A program made the translations under genes and the position numbers. A stretch of 64,000 nucleotides of DNA from Candidatus Oxydemutatoraceae bacterium (lineage in GTDB: Bacteria > Pseudomonadota > Gammaproteobacteria > Poriferisulfidales > Oxydemutatoraceae), in contig OZ244779.1 of NCBI GenBank assembly GCA_965219575.1, forward strand, positions 428,769 to 492,768, read 5' to 3'. Positions within the stretch are counted from its first letter, which is position 1, and each line of letters opens with the position of its first letter. Of this stretch, positions 9,752 through 20,446 are shown in pieces. The notes under the pieces are model-generated. The model was not told where the DNA came from. It did no database searches and saw nothing but the letters and a program-made list of their open reading frames with translations.

Positions 9752-11113
9752 ATGAACAGAAAAAAAGAAAAGTTTTTAGTTGTCGGAGCAGGCGGGCGCG
9801 AAAGTGCCTTTGCATCAAAACTCAACGAAGAAGGCAATATCTGTCTGTATGCCGTTATCGACCATGAGAACCCGACAATGATTGATTGTATCGAAGAATC
9901 GGGGGGAGAATATCTAGTTGAAAACACCACCAATACCGATGCCATTGCAAAATTTGCCGGCAAACACAACATAGATTACGCCTTTGTTAATGCCGACGCA
10001 CCGTTAGCGACCGGTGTCGTTGACGAGTTGTTAAAGCATAAAATTAAGGCGGTAGGCGGAACCCAAGCAGCAACACGAATTGAATGGGACAAGGTTTATG
10101 CCATGCAATTAATGAAGCAGAACTGTCCCGAATTCACACCATTTCATAGAACTATTTCTTCCGAGGGGGAGCTTGAAAGTGCCATTAAGGAATTTAAGAA
10201 GAGGAAGCTTTTAGTTGTTGTCAAGCCTCAGGGATTAACCGGGGGGAAAGGTGTTAAGGTCATGCGCGAACATTTGAAAACTTATCGGGATAGTGCCGAT
10301 TATGCCTCTTTGCTACTAAAGCGAAACAAAGGAGAAAAAGTCCTCTTGGTGGAGAAACTCGACGGAATAGAGTTTACCGTTATGGGTTTTACCGACGGAG
10401 ATAATCTGGTCATGGCACCGGCGAGTTATGACTATCCGTATAGATTTGAAAATGATAAGGGTGCGGGCACCGGCGGCATGGGATGTTTTACCCACTCTAA
10501 AAAGTTATTACCTTTTATGGACGATAAAGATTTTAGAGGTTGCCGAAAAATTATGCAAAAGATAATCGATGCGATGAGGCATGATGGCTTGGATTTTAGA
10601 GGCGTTCTCAACGGGGGATTTTTTAAGACCAAAAAAGGCATACAGTTTATGGAATTCAACGGGCGGTTCGGCGATCCCGAAGCACTTAACATATTGACGG
10701 TCTTAAAAACACCGTTTTCTCAAGTCATAAAAGACCTCTGGCATCGACGACTTGGTAGCGACCGAATAAAATTCACCAACAAAGCGAGTGTCATAAAATA
10801 TCTAGTTGCCAAAGAATATCCCGATAAAAGTCGCCGCGCGACACGATTTCAAATAGACGAACAAGCCATTAGAGATATGGGAATAAAAATATACTACGCG
10901 TCATGTGTCCGAAAAGGAAATGGTTATGCGACGCTCAAAAAATCGCGTGTTTTTGCCCTCGGCAAAGTAGCAAAGAACATTGAAAAGGCTTCCGAGTCAA
11001 TCAATCACGCGATTGATAACTATGTGAAGGGCAGTCTGGAGTATCGCAAGGATATCGGTTCATCGAATAATTTGCGCAAGCTGGCTAGATTAAGCGACCA
11101 TCTGCGTAGTTAA
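9752..11113 (+). CDS. purD: Phosphoribosylamine-glycine ligase, atypical (archaeal-like)
   Basis: GAGGRE, KPQGLTGGKGV, TGGMG and EFNGRFGDPE motifs. Confidence 0.85.
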   Translation: MNRKKEKFLVVGAGGRESAFASKLNEEGNICLYAVIDHENPTMIDCIEESGGEYLVENTTNTDAIAKFAGKHNIDYAFVNADAPLATGVVDELLKHKIKAVGGTQAATRIEWDKVYAMQLMKQNCPEFTPFHRTISSEGELESAIKEFKKRKLLVVVKPQGLTGGKGVKVMREHLKTYRDSADYASLLLKRNKGEKVLLVEKLDGIEFTVMGFTDGDNLVMAPASYDYPYRFENDKGAGTGGMGCFTHSKKLLPFMDDKDFRGCRKIMQKIIDAMRHDGLDFRGVLNGGFFKTKKGIQFMEFNGRFGDPEALNILTVLKTPFSQVIKDLWHRRLGSDRIKFTNKASVIKYLVAKEYPDKSRRATRFQIDEQAIRDMGIKIYYASCVRKGNGYATLKKSRVFALGKVAKNIEKASESINHAIDNYVKGSLEYRKDIGSSNNLRKLARLSDHLRS

Positions 11114-11119
11114 AGCATC

Positions 11120-11760
11120 GGGCTGTTGAAAAAGTATCCACGAACTGTAAGGACGGTACATTCCCCTCCTTCGGAGGGGTAGCAGGCGCAGCCTGACGGG
11201 GTGGTTGCGGAAGTGGGGCTGTTGAAAAAGTATCCACGAACTGTAAGGACGGTACATTCCCCTCCTTTGGAGGGGTGGCAGGCGCAGCCTGACGGGGTGG
11301 TCGCTGGGGTCTTGCACAATGTCACGCCGATTCACCTACTCGCTCAATCGGCGGCTCTGTTCTACCCGTAACTTGTTGCGCCTGTACAATTTATACATTT
11401 ATTCATCCAATTTATGGAAACCAAAGCCATACGGCGTAAGCGATTACGGCTGTGCAGAACGACACTTAAGGGCAGACACACAGGTCTGCCCCTACGGCTT
11501 GGTGGTTATTATAAATTCATGGCACAAGCGGTTACGGTTGCAAGCTGACGATACTTTTTCAACAGCCCCGTCGTATCTGTACTATTTACTCATTCATCCA
11601 ATTTATGGAAACCAAAGCCATACGGCGTAAGCGATTACGGCTGTGCAGAACGACACTTAAGGGCAGACACACAGGTCTGCCCCTACGGCTTGGTGGTTAT
11701 TATAAATTCATGGCGCAAGCGGTTACGGTTGCAAGCTGACGATACTTTTTCAACAGCCCC
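11120..11760. repeat. Mosaic repeat cluster: 2 x 96-bp units followed by 2 x 191-bp units
   Basis: GGCTGTTGAAAAAGTATCCACG at 11121 and 11217. ATTCATCCAATTTATGGAAACC at 11401 and 11592. Confidence 0.9.
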
Positions 11761-11770
11761 ACTATCGTGT

Positions 11771-13837
11771 TCATACATCGGCATAGTGTATAGATTGACC
11801 GAGCCAACGGTCAATTAACTTATCTACGGTTTCGGGTGATTGCTCGAGGAGGTGGTCGGCGACGGTGTAGGTTTTTTTCATTAGTTCTCTATCGCGCGTG
11901 AGGTCGGCAACCCTAAAGTAAGTCTGTCCGGTTTGTCGGGTGCCGAGTATCTCGCCCGAACCGCGTTGCCGCAGATCTTCTTTGGCAATCTCAAATCCGT
12001 CGTTGGTCCTGCGCATCACTTTAATGCGCGCCTCGGCATTCTCCGATAAAGGCGGGTGATATATCAACACACAGGTGCTCTGTTTTTCACCTCTGCCGAC
12101 GCGTCCGCGCAGCTGGTGTAGTTGTGCCAAACCCAAACGCTCGGCATTTTCTATGACCATCAGGGTTGCGTTCGGAACATCCACACCGACTTCTATCACG
12201 GTGGTAGCGACAAGTAATTGGATGCGCTGTTCCCTAAATGCCTGCATCGCTTGTTCTTTCATCTGAGCCTTCATTCCACCGTGAACCAATCCTATTGCTA
12301 TGTCCGGCATCGCCGTTTTGAGAAATTCATAACTGTTTTCGGCAGCTTGATAACCCAGAGTCTTGGATTCTTCTATTAAGGTGCAAACCCAATATACCTG
12401 ACTGCCTTGACGGCATGCCGAATGCACGCGTGCCACAACTTCGTCTCTACGCTCGTCGGATACCGCGACGGTTTTGATTTCTTGGCGCCCCGGCGGTAGC
12501 GTATCGATAACCGAGTAATCAAGGTCGGCATACATCGTCATTGCCAAACTACGCGGAATAGGTGTTGCGGTCATAATCAATTGATGGGGTTGGTAGTCTC
12601 TTCGCTCACCTTTTTGCTTCAGCAACAATCGCTGATGCACGCCGAAACGATGCTGTTCGTCAACCACGACAACCGCCAATTTATCGAAACTGACCGTCTC
12701 TTGAAATAATGCGTGCGTGCCGATGACGATCTGCGAAACCCCGTGTCTGATATGCCTCAATATCGCACGCTTCTCGGTCACCTTTTGATTACCCAATAGC
12801 AGACTGATACGCACCTCTAAAGGTTCCAGAATAGTGCGAAGATTGGTATAGTGCTGTTCGGCTAGAATTTCCGTAGGCACCATCATCGCCGCCTGATAAC
12901 CTGCCGACACCGCTTTTAGCATTGCGGCAACGGCAACTATCGTTTTCCCCGATCCCACATCACCCTGCACCAGACGCATCATCGCCTCCGATTTAGACAA
13001 ATCGTCGGTTATTTCGGCAACCACTCGATGTTGTGCGGCAGTCAAATCAAACGGCAGTAACGACAACAAACGCTTAAACAAAAAATCTTCACCCTGTAAG
13101 TTTGCGGCTCTTTCCACACGGTTCTGTAAGCGTAGTTTCTTTAAGCTAACGACATTAGCCAGCAGTTCCTCAAACGCCAGACGCCGCCGAGCAACATGTT
13201 CACCTTCGAGCAACGCATCCAAATCGGTGTCCGGAGGTGGACGATGTATCAAGCCTATCGCATCCGCCAAACTAATGTCGTAAGCCCATTTTGCAGGCAG
13301 CAACTCCTCTAAAAAATCGGGCGAATCGGCCAGCCACTGCAAGGATTTATCGATATAACGATACAAACTCGCTTGCTTTAAGTCGGCGGTTGTCGGATAA
13401 ATCGGGGTGTAGAAAGACTGCACCGGCACCGGTTCGTGATCCTTGATAAAGCGATATTCCGGATGAACCATTTCATACCTTACTTTGCGCGCAAGCCTGA
13501 CCTCTCCGTAGGCGTATAGACGCGCACCGGGCTTAAAAAAAAACCTTTGTCGTTCGGAAAAATGAAAAAAGCGAAATTGCAGGGTCGCACCGCTTGTATC
13601 TCTGACCACGGCGATCAAAACCCTACGCCCTTCGTAAGCGACGCGAGCCGACTCCAGCACACCCTCTATCAAAGCCTCGTCGCCTATGCGCAGTTCGTCG
13701 ATCCGTCTGACGCGGGTTTTATCTTTATACCGTAGCGGAAAATGAAACAGCAAATCCTCGATACAATTTATACCCAGCTTATTCAACGATGCCTCGGCTA
13801 CAGACCCAATGCCACGCAATGCGGTAAGTGCCGTCAT
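11771..13837 (-). CDS. recG: ATP-dependent DNA helicase RecG
   Basis: QGDVGSGKT, DEQHRFG, MTATPIPR and QLRGRVGRG motifs. Confidence 0.97.
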   Translation of the reverse strand: MTALTALRGIGSVAEASLNKLGINCIEDLLFHFPLRYKDKTRVRRIDELRIGDEALIEGVLESARVAYEGRRVLIAVVRDTSGATLQFRFFHFSERQRFFFKPGARLYAYGEVRLARKVRYEMVHPEYRFIKDHEPVPVQSFYTPIYPTTADLKQASLYRYIDKSLQWLADSPDFLEELLPAKWAYDISLADAIGLIHRPPPDTDLDALLEGEHVARRRLAFEELLANVVSLKKLRLQNRVERAANLQGEDFLFKRLLSLLPFDLTAAQHRVVAEITDDLSKSEAMMRLVQGDVGSGKTIVAVAAMLKAVSAGYQAAMMVPTEILAEQHYTNLRTILEPLEVRISLLLGNQKVTEKRAILRHIRHGVSQIVIGTHALFQETVSFDKLAVVVVDEQHRFGVHQRLLLKQKGERRDYQPHQLIMTATPIPRSLAMTMYADLDYSVIDTLPPGRQEIKTVAVSDERRDEVVARVHSACRQGSQVYWVCTLIEESKTLGYQAAENSYEFLKTAMPDIAIGLVHGGMKAQMKEQAMQAFREQRIQLLVATTVIEVGVDVPNATLMVIENAERLGLAQLHQLRGRVGRGEKQSTCVLIYHPPLSENAEARIKVMRRTNDGFEIAKEDLRQRGSGEILGTRQTGQTYFRVADLTRDRELMKKTYTVADHLLEQSPETVDKLIDRWLGQSIHYADV

Positions 13838-13865
13838 AAAACTAAAGAATGTCGGGGGTGGTTAT

Positions 13866-14115
13866 GGGACTGTTGAAAAAGTATCCACGAACCGTAGGGG
13901 CGGACTTGCATGTCCGCCCGTGACGCGTTGGTCGGCACGATTTATACATTCATCCACCCGATTTATGGAAACCAAAACCATACAGCGCAAGCGGTTACAG
14001 TTGTGCAGAACGGTACTTTAGGGCGGACATGCAAGTCCGCCCCTACAAATGGTTTGCGTAATTGAGGGGCGCAAGCGGTTACGGTTGCACGCTGACGATA
14101 CTTTTTTAACAGCCC
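13866..14115. repeat. Mosaic REP/MITE-like element between ridA and recG
   Basis: GGGACTGTTGAAAAAG...CTTTTTTAACAGCCC ends with an inverted REP doublet GTAGGGGCGGACTTGCATGTCCGCCC. Confidence 0.85.
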
Positions 14116-14122
14116 TCTATTT

Positions 14123-14509
14123 TTAAGGCAAATGCATGATGGCATCAATTTCTATGTCCACGCCTTTGGGCAACGCCGAGACTTGCACCGCCGCACGCGC
14201 CGGGTACGGTTCGGAGAAATATTCCGCCATCACTTCGTTTATCTCGGCAAAATGACTTAAGTCGCAAAGATAAACATTTAATTTGACGATGTCCGCCAAA
14301 GAGCCTCCGGCGGCGGTTGCCACCGCACTCAGATTATCAAACACCGTGCGTGTGTGCACCGTGATATCGCCGGCGACGACTTCCATCGTTTCGGGAAATA
14401 GCGGGATCTGTCCCGACAAATAAACGGTTTGTCCAACCTTGACCGCCTGAGAATAAGTCCCTATGGCTTCGGGAGCATGGTCTGTTTTTATAATTTCTTT
14501 GGTCATCAA
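14123..14509 (-). CDS. ridA: RidA family reactive intermediate deaminase
   Basis: [24 protein letters not shown] and IEIDAI motifs; conserved position after spoT. Confidence 0.92.
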   Translation of the reverse strand: MMTKEIIKTDHAPEAIGTYSQAVKVGQTVYLSGQIPLFPETMEVVAGDITVHTRTVFDNLSAVATAAGGSLADIVKLNVYLCDLSHFAEINEVMAEYFSEPYPARAAVQVSALPKGVDIEIDAIMHLP

Positions 14510-14564
14510 TCACCTCCGTTAAAAATGTTTCTAAAAGATCATTCTAGCCGAGCGGACAGGGGGC

Positions 14565-16733
14565 TTAATGAGATTTAACTCTGGACACGCTAACATCTTC
14601 GAATGCTTGGCTGATGCGCCTCATTATTCTATCCAATTGATTTGTATCGCGTACGCTGAGCACGAAAGTAACCGCCGCACTGCCGACACCCTGCTCGTCT
14701 AAAGAAACATTCTTTATGTTGGAACCGGTTTGCGCTATCTTTGACGCCAAGGTTGCCAACACACCGCTTTGATGTGGCACGACGATACGAATAGCGGCGG
14801 AATATTCCGATAGGGTATTCGGCTTGTCCGCCCAACTAAGTAAAATTCTCTGCATCTTCTTAGCGCGTATATTGGAACAATTTTTGCGGTGTATCACCAA
14901 ACCTTTGCCCGGGCTCATCGTTCCGATAATCGAGTCACCGGGAACAGGATAACAACACTTGGCACAGACCACAGCCATGCCTTCGGCACCTTTGATAATA
15001 GCCTCGGGTTCTATCTCCAAGCTAAGTTGCGCATCGGCTTGAGAAACATCGGTCAAAAGCACGACAACCAATGAGGGAAGTTGCCGACCCAATCCTATCT
15101 CTTTGAACAATTCGTCGACATCTCTTAGTTTTAAGGACTCCAGAACTTCTGTCATACGCGATTTAGATATATCCGATAAATGCCGTTGGCAACTTGCCAG
15201 AGCCTGCTTTAACAAATAACGCCCCAGTTCTACCGCTTCGTACGACTCTATCTGTTTTAAGTACTGCACTATCGCCGTACGGGCTTTGGCGGTTGCCACA
15301 AACTCCAGCCACCTAGAATCGGGTGCGACATTATCTGCGGTAATGACCTCTACCGTTTGTCCACTTTGTAGCTTAAAGTTCAGAGCTTCTATATGACCGT
15401 TGACACGAACCTTCGCAGTAGAAAGCCCCAAATCGGTATGGATAGCAAAAGCAAAATCAAGTGCGGTTGCATTACGCGGTAAAACAATAATTTTTCCTTG
15501 CGGTGTGAAAACATAGACCTCCGCAGGGAAGAGCTGGGTTTTTAGGCTTTCCATATACTCGGCCGAGTTGTTTCCGGTCTTTTGTTGCAAACCTATGAGA
15601 TTTTGCATCCAACGGCGCGCCATCGTCGACCGATTGGATTCACCGGTCTTATAAAGCGCATGGGCGGCGATACCGCTCTCGGCAATTTCCTCCATCTCTT
15701 GCGTTCTAATCTGCACTTCCAATTTGATCCCTTGCGAGCCGACTACAACCGTATGCAGCGATTGATAACCATTGGGCTTGGGCAATGCAATGTAATCCTT
15801 GAAGCGACCGGGCACCGGCTTGAATAAATTATGCAATAATCCGAGCATGCGGTAGCAATGATCTACATTCGAGACAATGATGCGAATTGCATAAATATCA
15901 AAGATTTGATTTAGGGAATGTCCACGCTCTTTCATCTTTCGGTAGATGCTGTAAAGGTGCTTGCTGCGCCCGTACATGCGACATGAAAACTCGGCAGATT
16001 CCAAATGCACGCGAAAGATTTGTAGCATCTTCTCTACCAGATCCCTGCGCTTATCGTATCTGCGCACCGCCCTCTCGAGTGACCTATAGCGCAACGGATA
16101 CAAGGCTTTGAACGACAAGTCTTCCAACTCCAAGCGGATCCTGTCTATGCCTAAGCACTGCGCCAACGGTGCGTATATCTCGAGCGTCTCTTGCGCGATC
16201 CTTTTTTGTTTGGGAAAAGGCAAATAGTAAATCGTCCGCATATTGTGTAGGCGGTCGGATAGCTTGACTAGTATGACACGCGGGTCTTTGGCCATCGCCA
16301 ATAGCATCTTTTGAAAGTTTTTAGCTTGACCGATCTCTTTGCTTTCAAATTCCAGTTTGGGCAATTTACTTACCCCGTCGACAACCTCGGCAACCGCCTT
16401 GCCGAAGTGCTCGGACAACTGGTTTTTAGTAATATCGGTGTCCTCCAATACATCGTGCAACAACCCTGCAGAAATAGTGACTGCATCCAAACGCAGTTCC
16501 GCCATTATTTGCGCAACTTGTATGGGATGATAAATATAAGGATCCCCCGAGATGCGCTTTTGATCCAAATGCGCCTCGGCACCGAATAAATAAGCATTAT
16601 GAACACGATGGACTTCCTCGGCAGTCATATAACGACTCACGGCATCGTGCAATTTATCCAGTGCCGTGCTGTGTACCGGAAGTTTGCCACGTCTGCTATG
16701 AAAATCCCCCACAAAGGTTTTTGACGCTTCCAT
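14565..16733 (-). CDS. spoT: Bifunctional (p)ppGpp synthetase/hydrolase
   Basis: HD domain (LLHDVLED), synthetase (YQSLHT, EVQIRT), TGS and ACT domains; follows rpoZ. Confidence 0.95.
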   Translation of the reverse strand: MEASKTFVGDFHSRRGKLPVHSTALDKLHDAVSRYMTAEEVHRVHNAYLFGAEAHLDQKRISGDPYIYHPIQVAQIMAELRLDAVTISAGLLHDVLEDTDITKNQLSEHFGKAVAEVVDGVSKLPKLEFESKEIGQAKNFQKMLLAMAKDPRVILVKLSDRLHNMRTIYYLPFPKQKRIAQETLEIYAPLAQCLGIDRIRLELEDLSFKALYPLRYRSLERAVRRYDKRRDLVEKMLQIFRVHLESAEFSCRMYGRSKHLYSIYRKMKERGHSLNQIFDIYAIRIIVSNVDHCYRMLGLLHNLFKPVPGRFKDYIALPKPNGYQSLHTVVVGSQGIKLEVQIRTQEMEEIAESGIAAHALYKTGESNRSTMARRWMQNLIGLQQKTGNNSAEYMESLKTQLFPAEVYVFTPQGKIIVLPRNATALDFAFAIHTDLGLSTAKVRVNGHIEALNFKLQSGQTVEVITADNVAPDSRWLEFVATAKARTAIVQYLKQIESYEAVELGRYLLKQALASCQRHLSDISKSRMTEVLESLKLRDVDELFKEIGLGRQLPSLVVVLLTDVSQADAQLSLEIEPEAIIKGAEGMAVVCAKCCYPVPGDSIIGTMSPGKGLVIHRKNCSNIRAKKMQRILLSWADKPNTLSEYSAAIRIVVPHQSGVLATLASKIAQTGSNIKNVSLDEQGVGSAAVTFVLSVRDTNQLDRIMRRISQAFEDVSVSRVKSH

Positions 16734-16773
16734 AGCAGACTAAAACCCGATTAAAAAGTCTGCCGTAGCGGTA

Positions 16774-17151
16774 TTAGGCTTCGCCTGTTTTAGGCTCGTC
16801 ATCCTCCGATTCTGCCTCTTGCGCCGGTGCATCATCTTCGCCTTCTACTTCGTTCATGTCACCGTAGTTTTCTATATCCGGAATAACCTCTCCTAAATCG
16901 TCGGACTGCGCCAATAAACCTTGTTCTTGTTCCCAAGGCTCTTTCTCGCCTAAAGGCTTGCTGAGCACCCCTTCGTCTATCTTGCCCTCGGCAATCTCCC
17001 GCAATGCGATGACTACCGGCTTATCTCCCTCCTTATCAACCATAGGCTTCGCACCTAATTCCAGCTGGTGCGCCCGGTGGGACGCTATCTGGACTACCCT
17101 GAAATGACTGCCGACTTTTTCAATGCAGTCTTCTATTGTAACTCTTGCCAT
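16774..17151 (-). CDS. rpoZ: RNA polymerase omega subunit with acidic tail
   Basis: MARVTIEDC...RAHQL...DKPVVIALREIAEG. Confidence 0.95.
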   Translation of the reverse strand: MARVTIEDCIEKVGSHFRVVQIASHRAHQLELGAKPMVDKEGDKPVVIALREIAEGKIDEGVLSKPLGEKEPWEQEQGLLAQSDDLGEVIPDIENYGDMNEVEGEDDAPAQEAESEDDEPKTGEA

Positions 17152-17334
17152 AATGCCTCTCTTTATGATGGGTGAAAATAATCCGCCTCATATCAAGGCG
17201 AAATGCAATTATACCCTAGCTACGGGCAAGTTCAAAGCGAAGGGGCGGGTAGAAATGCCGGTCTTTGAGGACAATAGCATGAAAACTCACTTTGCTGGCG
17301 GTTCTAAAAATAGAGGAAGGTCAAATAGAATACC

Positions 17335-19698
17335 TCATAATCGCGCCCCTTCTCCAAATCTTACAATTAAGGAAAGAATACAAGGTGCTATGGCATCTGA
17401 GGATCCTCGCGACTTTTCTTGAGCCTTCTCTTCATTTTCATTATAATGCTTATGAATAGCAAAAGTCAGGAGGCCAAGACATATTCTAAAACGAGTTTCA
17501 TTTAGTTGACGCCTTGCTTCATCTTTTTCTTGTCTACGCATTTTTTCCAGAACTTCATGATGATAGTTGACATAAATTGTTGGATTGTTTTCCACACCTG
17601 CTACGACAACAGCACCTGACTTTTCATCAAAGTTGTAATCATCCCAATTTTCTTTATAAAGCCATTGGGTTGGATCGGCAAATGACTTATCTTTTTTATT
17701 TGCAACACCGGAAGAGGATGTTCCACTAGGATTTTTCTTAGTTTTTTGCTCTTCAATAAATCTAATTGTTAAATTAAATTCCAGAGGCTTACCTCGCTGT
17801 ATATCGTCATCGTCAAAACCAATATCGAACGATAATTTGTCACCAACATTGGGAGGTTGTTTAGATGAAGAAGATAGGGTAAAAGTGGCTATACCATTAT
17901 TTAAACTAGTTTTTATATTAACTTGGGAAGGACGATTGGGTAAATATATTCGCCCGGGACTATGATTTCTTATTAAATAATCGTTTGCCGCATCTGTTTC
18001 ACATATTATCTTGCGAAAGGTGTTAATGGGTAATTCTTTGAAAAAACTGTTATCAATTGTCTTTATATTAAGAGGTTTCAAGAATGTTGGAAATTGTTTT
18101 CCTCCTTCCCACGGGTCAGGCCCTCTCCCTGTTTGAGATTCACCAAAAACAGTATCACCAGGTCCTAACAGTTGTCTCATTGCTGGATCTTGATTAAAGT
18201 AGTCTTCCAACAATTTTTTGGTTTCCTCATCCTCTTCAATGATTTTTGATACTCTTCTAGCTCGGATAATATTGACGTATTCTTTTAATTTCTTATCTTC
18301 CTTTAAATTCTTTTTTACTATTTTCTTTAGTTGTCTTGATAGCCTATTATCTGCTATTTTTTCTCTGTTTCCCATAAATATGGTGGATAGTGCTGTTTTA
18401 TCCATTCTTTCGCACTGAACATCAATAACGACATGATTTTCCAGTTCACCTAAGCCTACATCTTTAAGATTTAAAAAACTGGCATTCTCGGTTGCATGCG
18501 TTTGCCCATTTATCGTATAGAAAATACGCTTTTTGCTCTCTCTCAAATAGATGGGATGTTTACTGGATCCAACAGCTATTATTTTTATTTCTCCAATTTC
18601 ATTATCATTATATTGGGATACTAAATGTATAAATTCTGTTGTCTCTTCATTAGGTTTTTCGGAGTTGAGCGGGGGATCTTGATTCGAAATATCGGCAGGC
18701 TTGTCACAAAGTTTCACTTGCATACCTGTAAATGTTCTATCAATTATACCTCTGCCTCTCAATCGGTTTATCTCTGGGTTTATTTGTGCATCAAAGTCGT
18801 ATATCCTAATAGGCAATGCACAGTCCAGCAAATTTAATGTAAGTGCATTATCTAGACCAAAATCTACCTGATGTGCTTTACCCCCAACATCGTAGTCAAA
18901 TAATTTGATAACCGAACCTTGTTCTATCACTCCAATCTCATTATCATTAAATGCACGAATTGATTTGGACTCAAACGATGGAATCTCGCCGTTAGGAGCT
19001 AGATATTTTACGATCGGCAATTCTCTACCTTGTTCTACTTGTGCCACCTTGATTAAAGTCCAACCCCATGACGATTTAAGGTCATAGCGTTTACTTATGA
19101 TAAGTTTATAATGTCCTTTGGTGATGTCTGACTTAGTGCAAAAACGTATAGAACCGGTAGATCCCATATTAAATTTGCCTTGAACAAAACCGACACCCTC
19201 TTTATTGTTCTCACTTAAACTGAGAAATGTTTTCTTAAATTTTTGTGGTTCCTGTCCTTCTCCGAAATCAACAATAGTTATTGTCGGCGTGGTTGATCTC
19301 CTTGTCTTACGCTTCACTCCTATTAAAATACTTTCTTTAGCCAACTTGGTACGCTCTTTTGTTTCAAGGCTGGATAATTTTCCTTCGGAGACGTTATAAC
19401 AATGACGGACGGCATCGTGCATTGATTTAGGAGCCTCATCGCTAGATAAATCTTTGATGCCACTTTCATATACTTTTCTAGATAAAACAGCATCAATTGA
19501 GTTAGTAATAAGTTCGGTTAAGGCACCAATTGCATTGCTCTGCTGATTAGAAACTGTATCCCAGTTTTTAGATCGACCACCGTAGTTAGACCAGTCTGCG
19601 TCTGAAATATTATATCGCCCGAGAACTTTATCTACTTCATCTGTTGAGAATGATGACAGTAATTCAGACAAAAACTCTTTAGATTGTTGTTTATCCAT
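17335..19698 (-). CDS. Large protein with N-terminal GHKL (HSP90/MORC-like) ATPase domain
   Basis: ELITNSIDA (N box), IVDFGEG (G1 box), GKFNMGSTG (G2 box). AT-rich; last gene of an MTase-REase operon. Confidence 0.7.
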   Translation of the reverse strand: MDKQQSKEFLSELLSSFSTDEVDKVLGRYNISDADWSNYGGRSKNWDTVSNQQSNAIGALTELITNSIDAVLSRKVYESGIKDLSSDEAPKSMHDAVRHCYNVSEGKLSSLETKERTKLAKESILIGVKRKTRRSTTPTITIVDFGEGQEPQKFKKTFLSLSENNKEGVGFVQGKFNMGSTGSIRFCTKSDITKGHYKLIISKRYDLKSSWGWTLIKVAQVEQGRELPIVKYLAPNGEIPSFESKSIRAFNDNEIGVIEQGSVIKLFDYDVGGKAHQVDFGLDNALTLNLLDCALPIRIYDFDAQINPEINRLRGRGIIDRTFTGMQVKLCDKPADISNQDPPLNSEKPNEETTEFIHLVSQYNDNEIGEIKIIAVGSSKHPIYLRESKKRIFYTINGQTHATENASFLNLKDVGLGELENHVVIDVQCERMDKTALSTIFMGNREKIADNRLSRQLKKIVKKNLKEDKKLKEYVNIIRARRVSKIIEEDEETKKLLEDYFNQDPAMRQLLGPGDTVFGESQTGRGPDPWEGGKQFPTFLKPLNIKTIDNSFFKELPINTFRKIICETDAANDYLIRNHSPGRIYLPNRPSQVNIKTSLNNGIATFTLSSSSKQPPNVGDKLSFDIGFDDDDIQRGKPLEFNLTIRFIEEQKTKKNPSGTSSSGVANKKDKSFADPTQWLYKENWDDYNFDEKSGAVVVAGVENNPTIYVNYHHEVLEKMRRQEKDEARRQLNETRFRICLGLLTFAIHKHYNENEEKAQEKSRGSSDAIAPCILSLIVRFGEGARL

Positions 19699-19776
19699 GA
19701 AGTCAAATATGCGTCAAATTAAAAAGTAATTAATAAAAGATAGGTGTTCTCTTCAAATGGTAGACAGTCTCCAGTC

Positions 19777-20445
19777 CTAAGCAAAATTTCCCCCCAGCCA
19801 TTTCTTAACCACATCAACTTTAATTAATTCTGACAAGAAAAATACTATATTCTCTTCCGCATGAATTTTGCGGGCTTCTACTATTTCATCATAATCCAGT
19901 TCTAACAAGTGGCAAAATTCTCTGCCTGTCATTGCTTCTTCCATAGTAATCTTGTTCTTGAAACCTTTAACAATCTCTTCTCTGTTATCCTTGTTAAAGG
20001 CACAAAAGTGTGCAGATACTGTATAAGGTAAATTTTTTGCATTCTTGCTTATAAATGCATGCATTTGCTGATGTTCTGCTGCAGCTTTTTTAGTATCAAA
20101 GCTGTGTCCATCTTTTAACTCAACAATATGGCATTGTTGCTTTCCGTCTTTGCGCCTAAAAATAATAAAGTCTGGTTCTGCACCTGCGAAATCTAGTGTT
20201 TTACATTTTTTAATTTTTGATTTATGAACCAAAACCACACCATCAGCCATAATCTCTTGTTTTAGGAACTCATCCAGGTCATCAATGGTTTTAGTTTTAT
20301 CTCTAATTATTCTCTCAAGCTCTTTCCCCGACTTTATGACCGTACTATGAATCCTACTAAAAATTGTTCCAAGTTCTAAGTTATTAAATACCCTGATGTA
20401 TCCTCCTGACACATCCTTTGGTTTTGTGTCTTCGATACGCGCCAT
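19777..20445 (-). CDS. Putative type II restriction endonuclease
   Basis: PD-(D/E)XK pattern PDFII...IVELK. Starts 1 bp after the MTase stop. Confidence 0.7.
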   Translation of the reverse strand: MARIEDTKPKDVSGGYIRVFNNLELGTIFSRIHSTVIKSGKELERIIRDKTKTIDDLDEFLKQEIMADGVVLVHKSKIKKCKTLDFAGAEPDFIIFRRKDGKQQCHIVELKDGHSFDTKKAAAEHQQMHAFISKNAKNLPYTVSAHFCAFNKDNREEIVKGFKNKITMEEAMTGREFCHLLELDYDEIVEARKIHAEENIVFFLSELIKVDVVKKWLGGNFA

Positions 20446-20446
20446 A

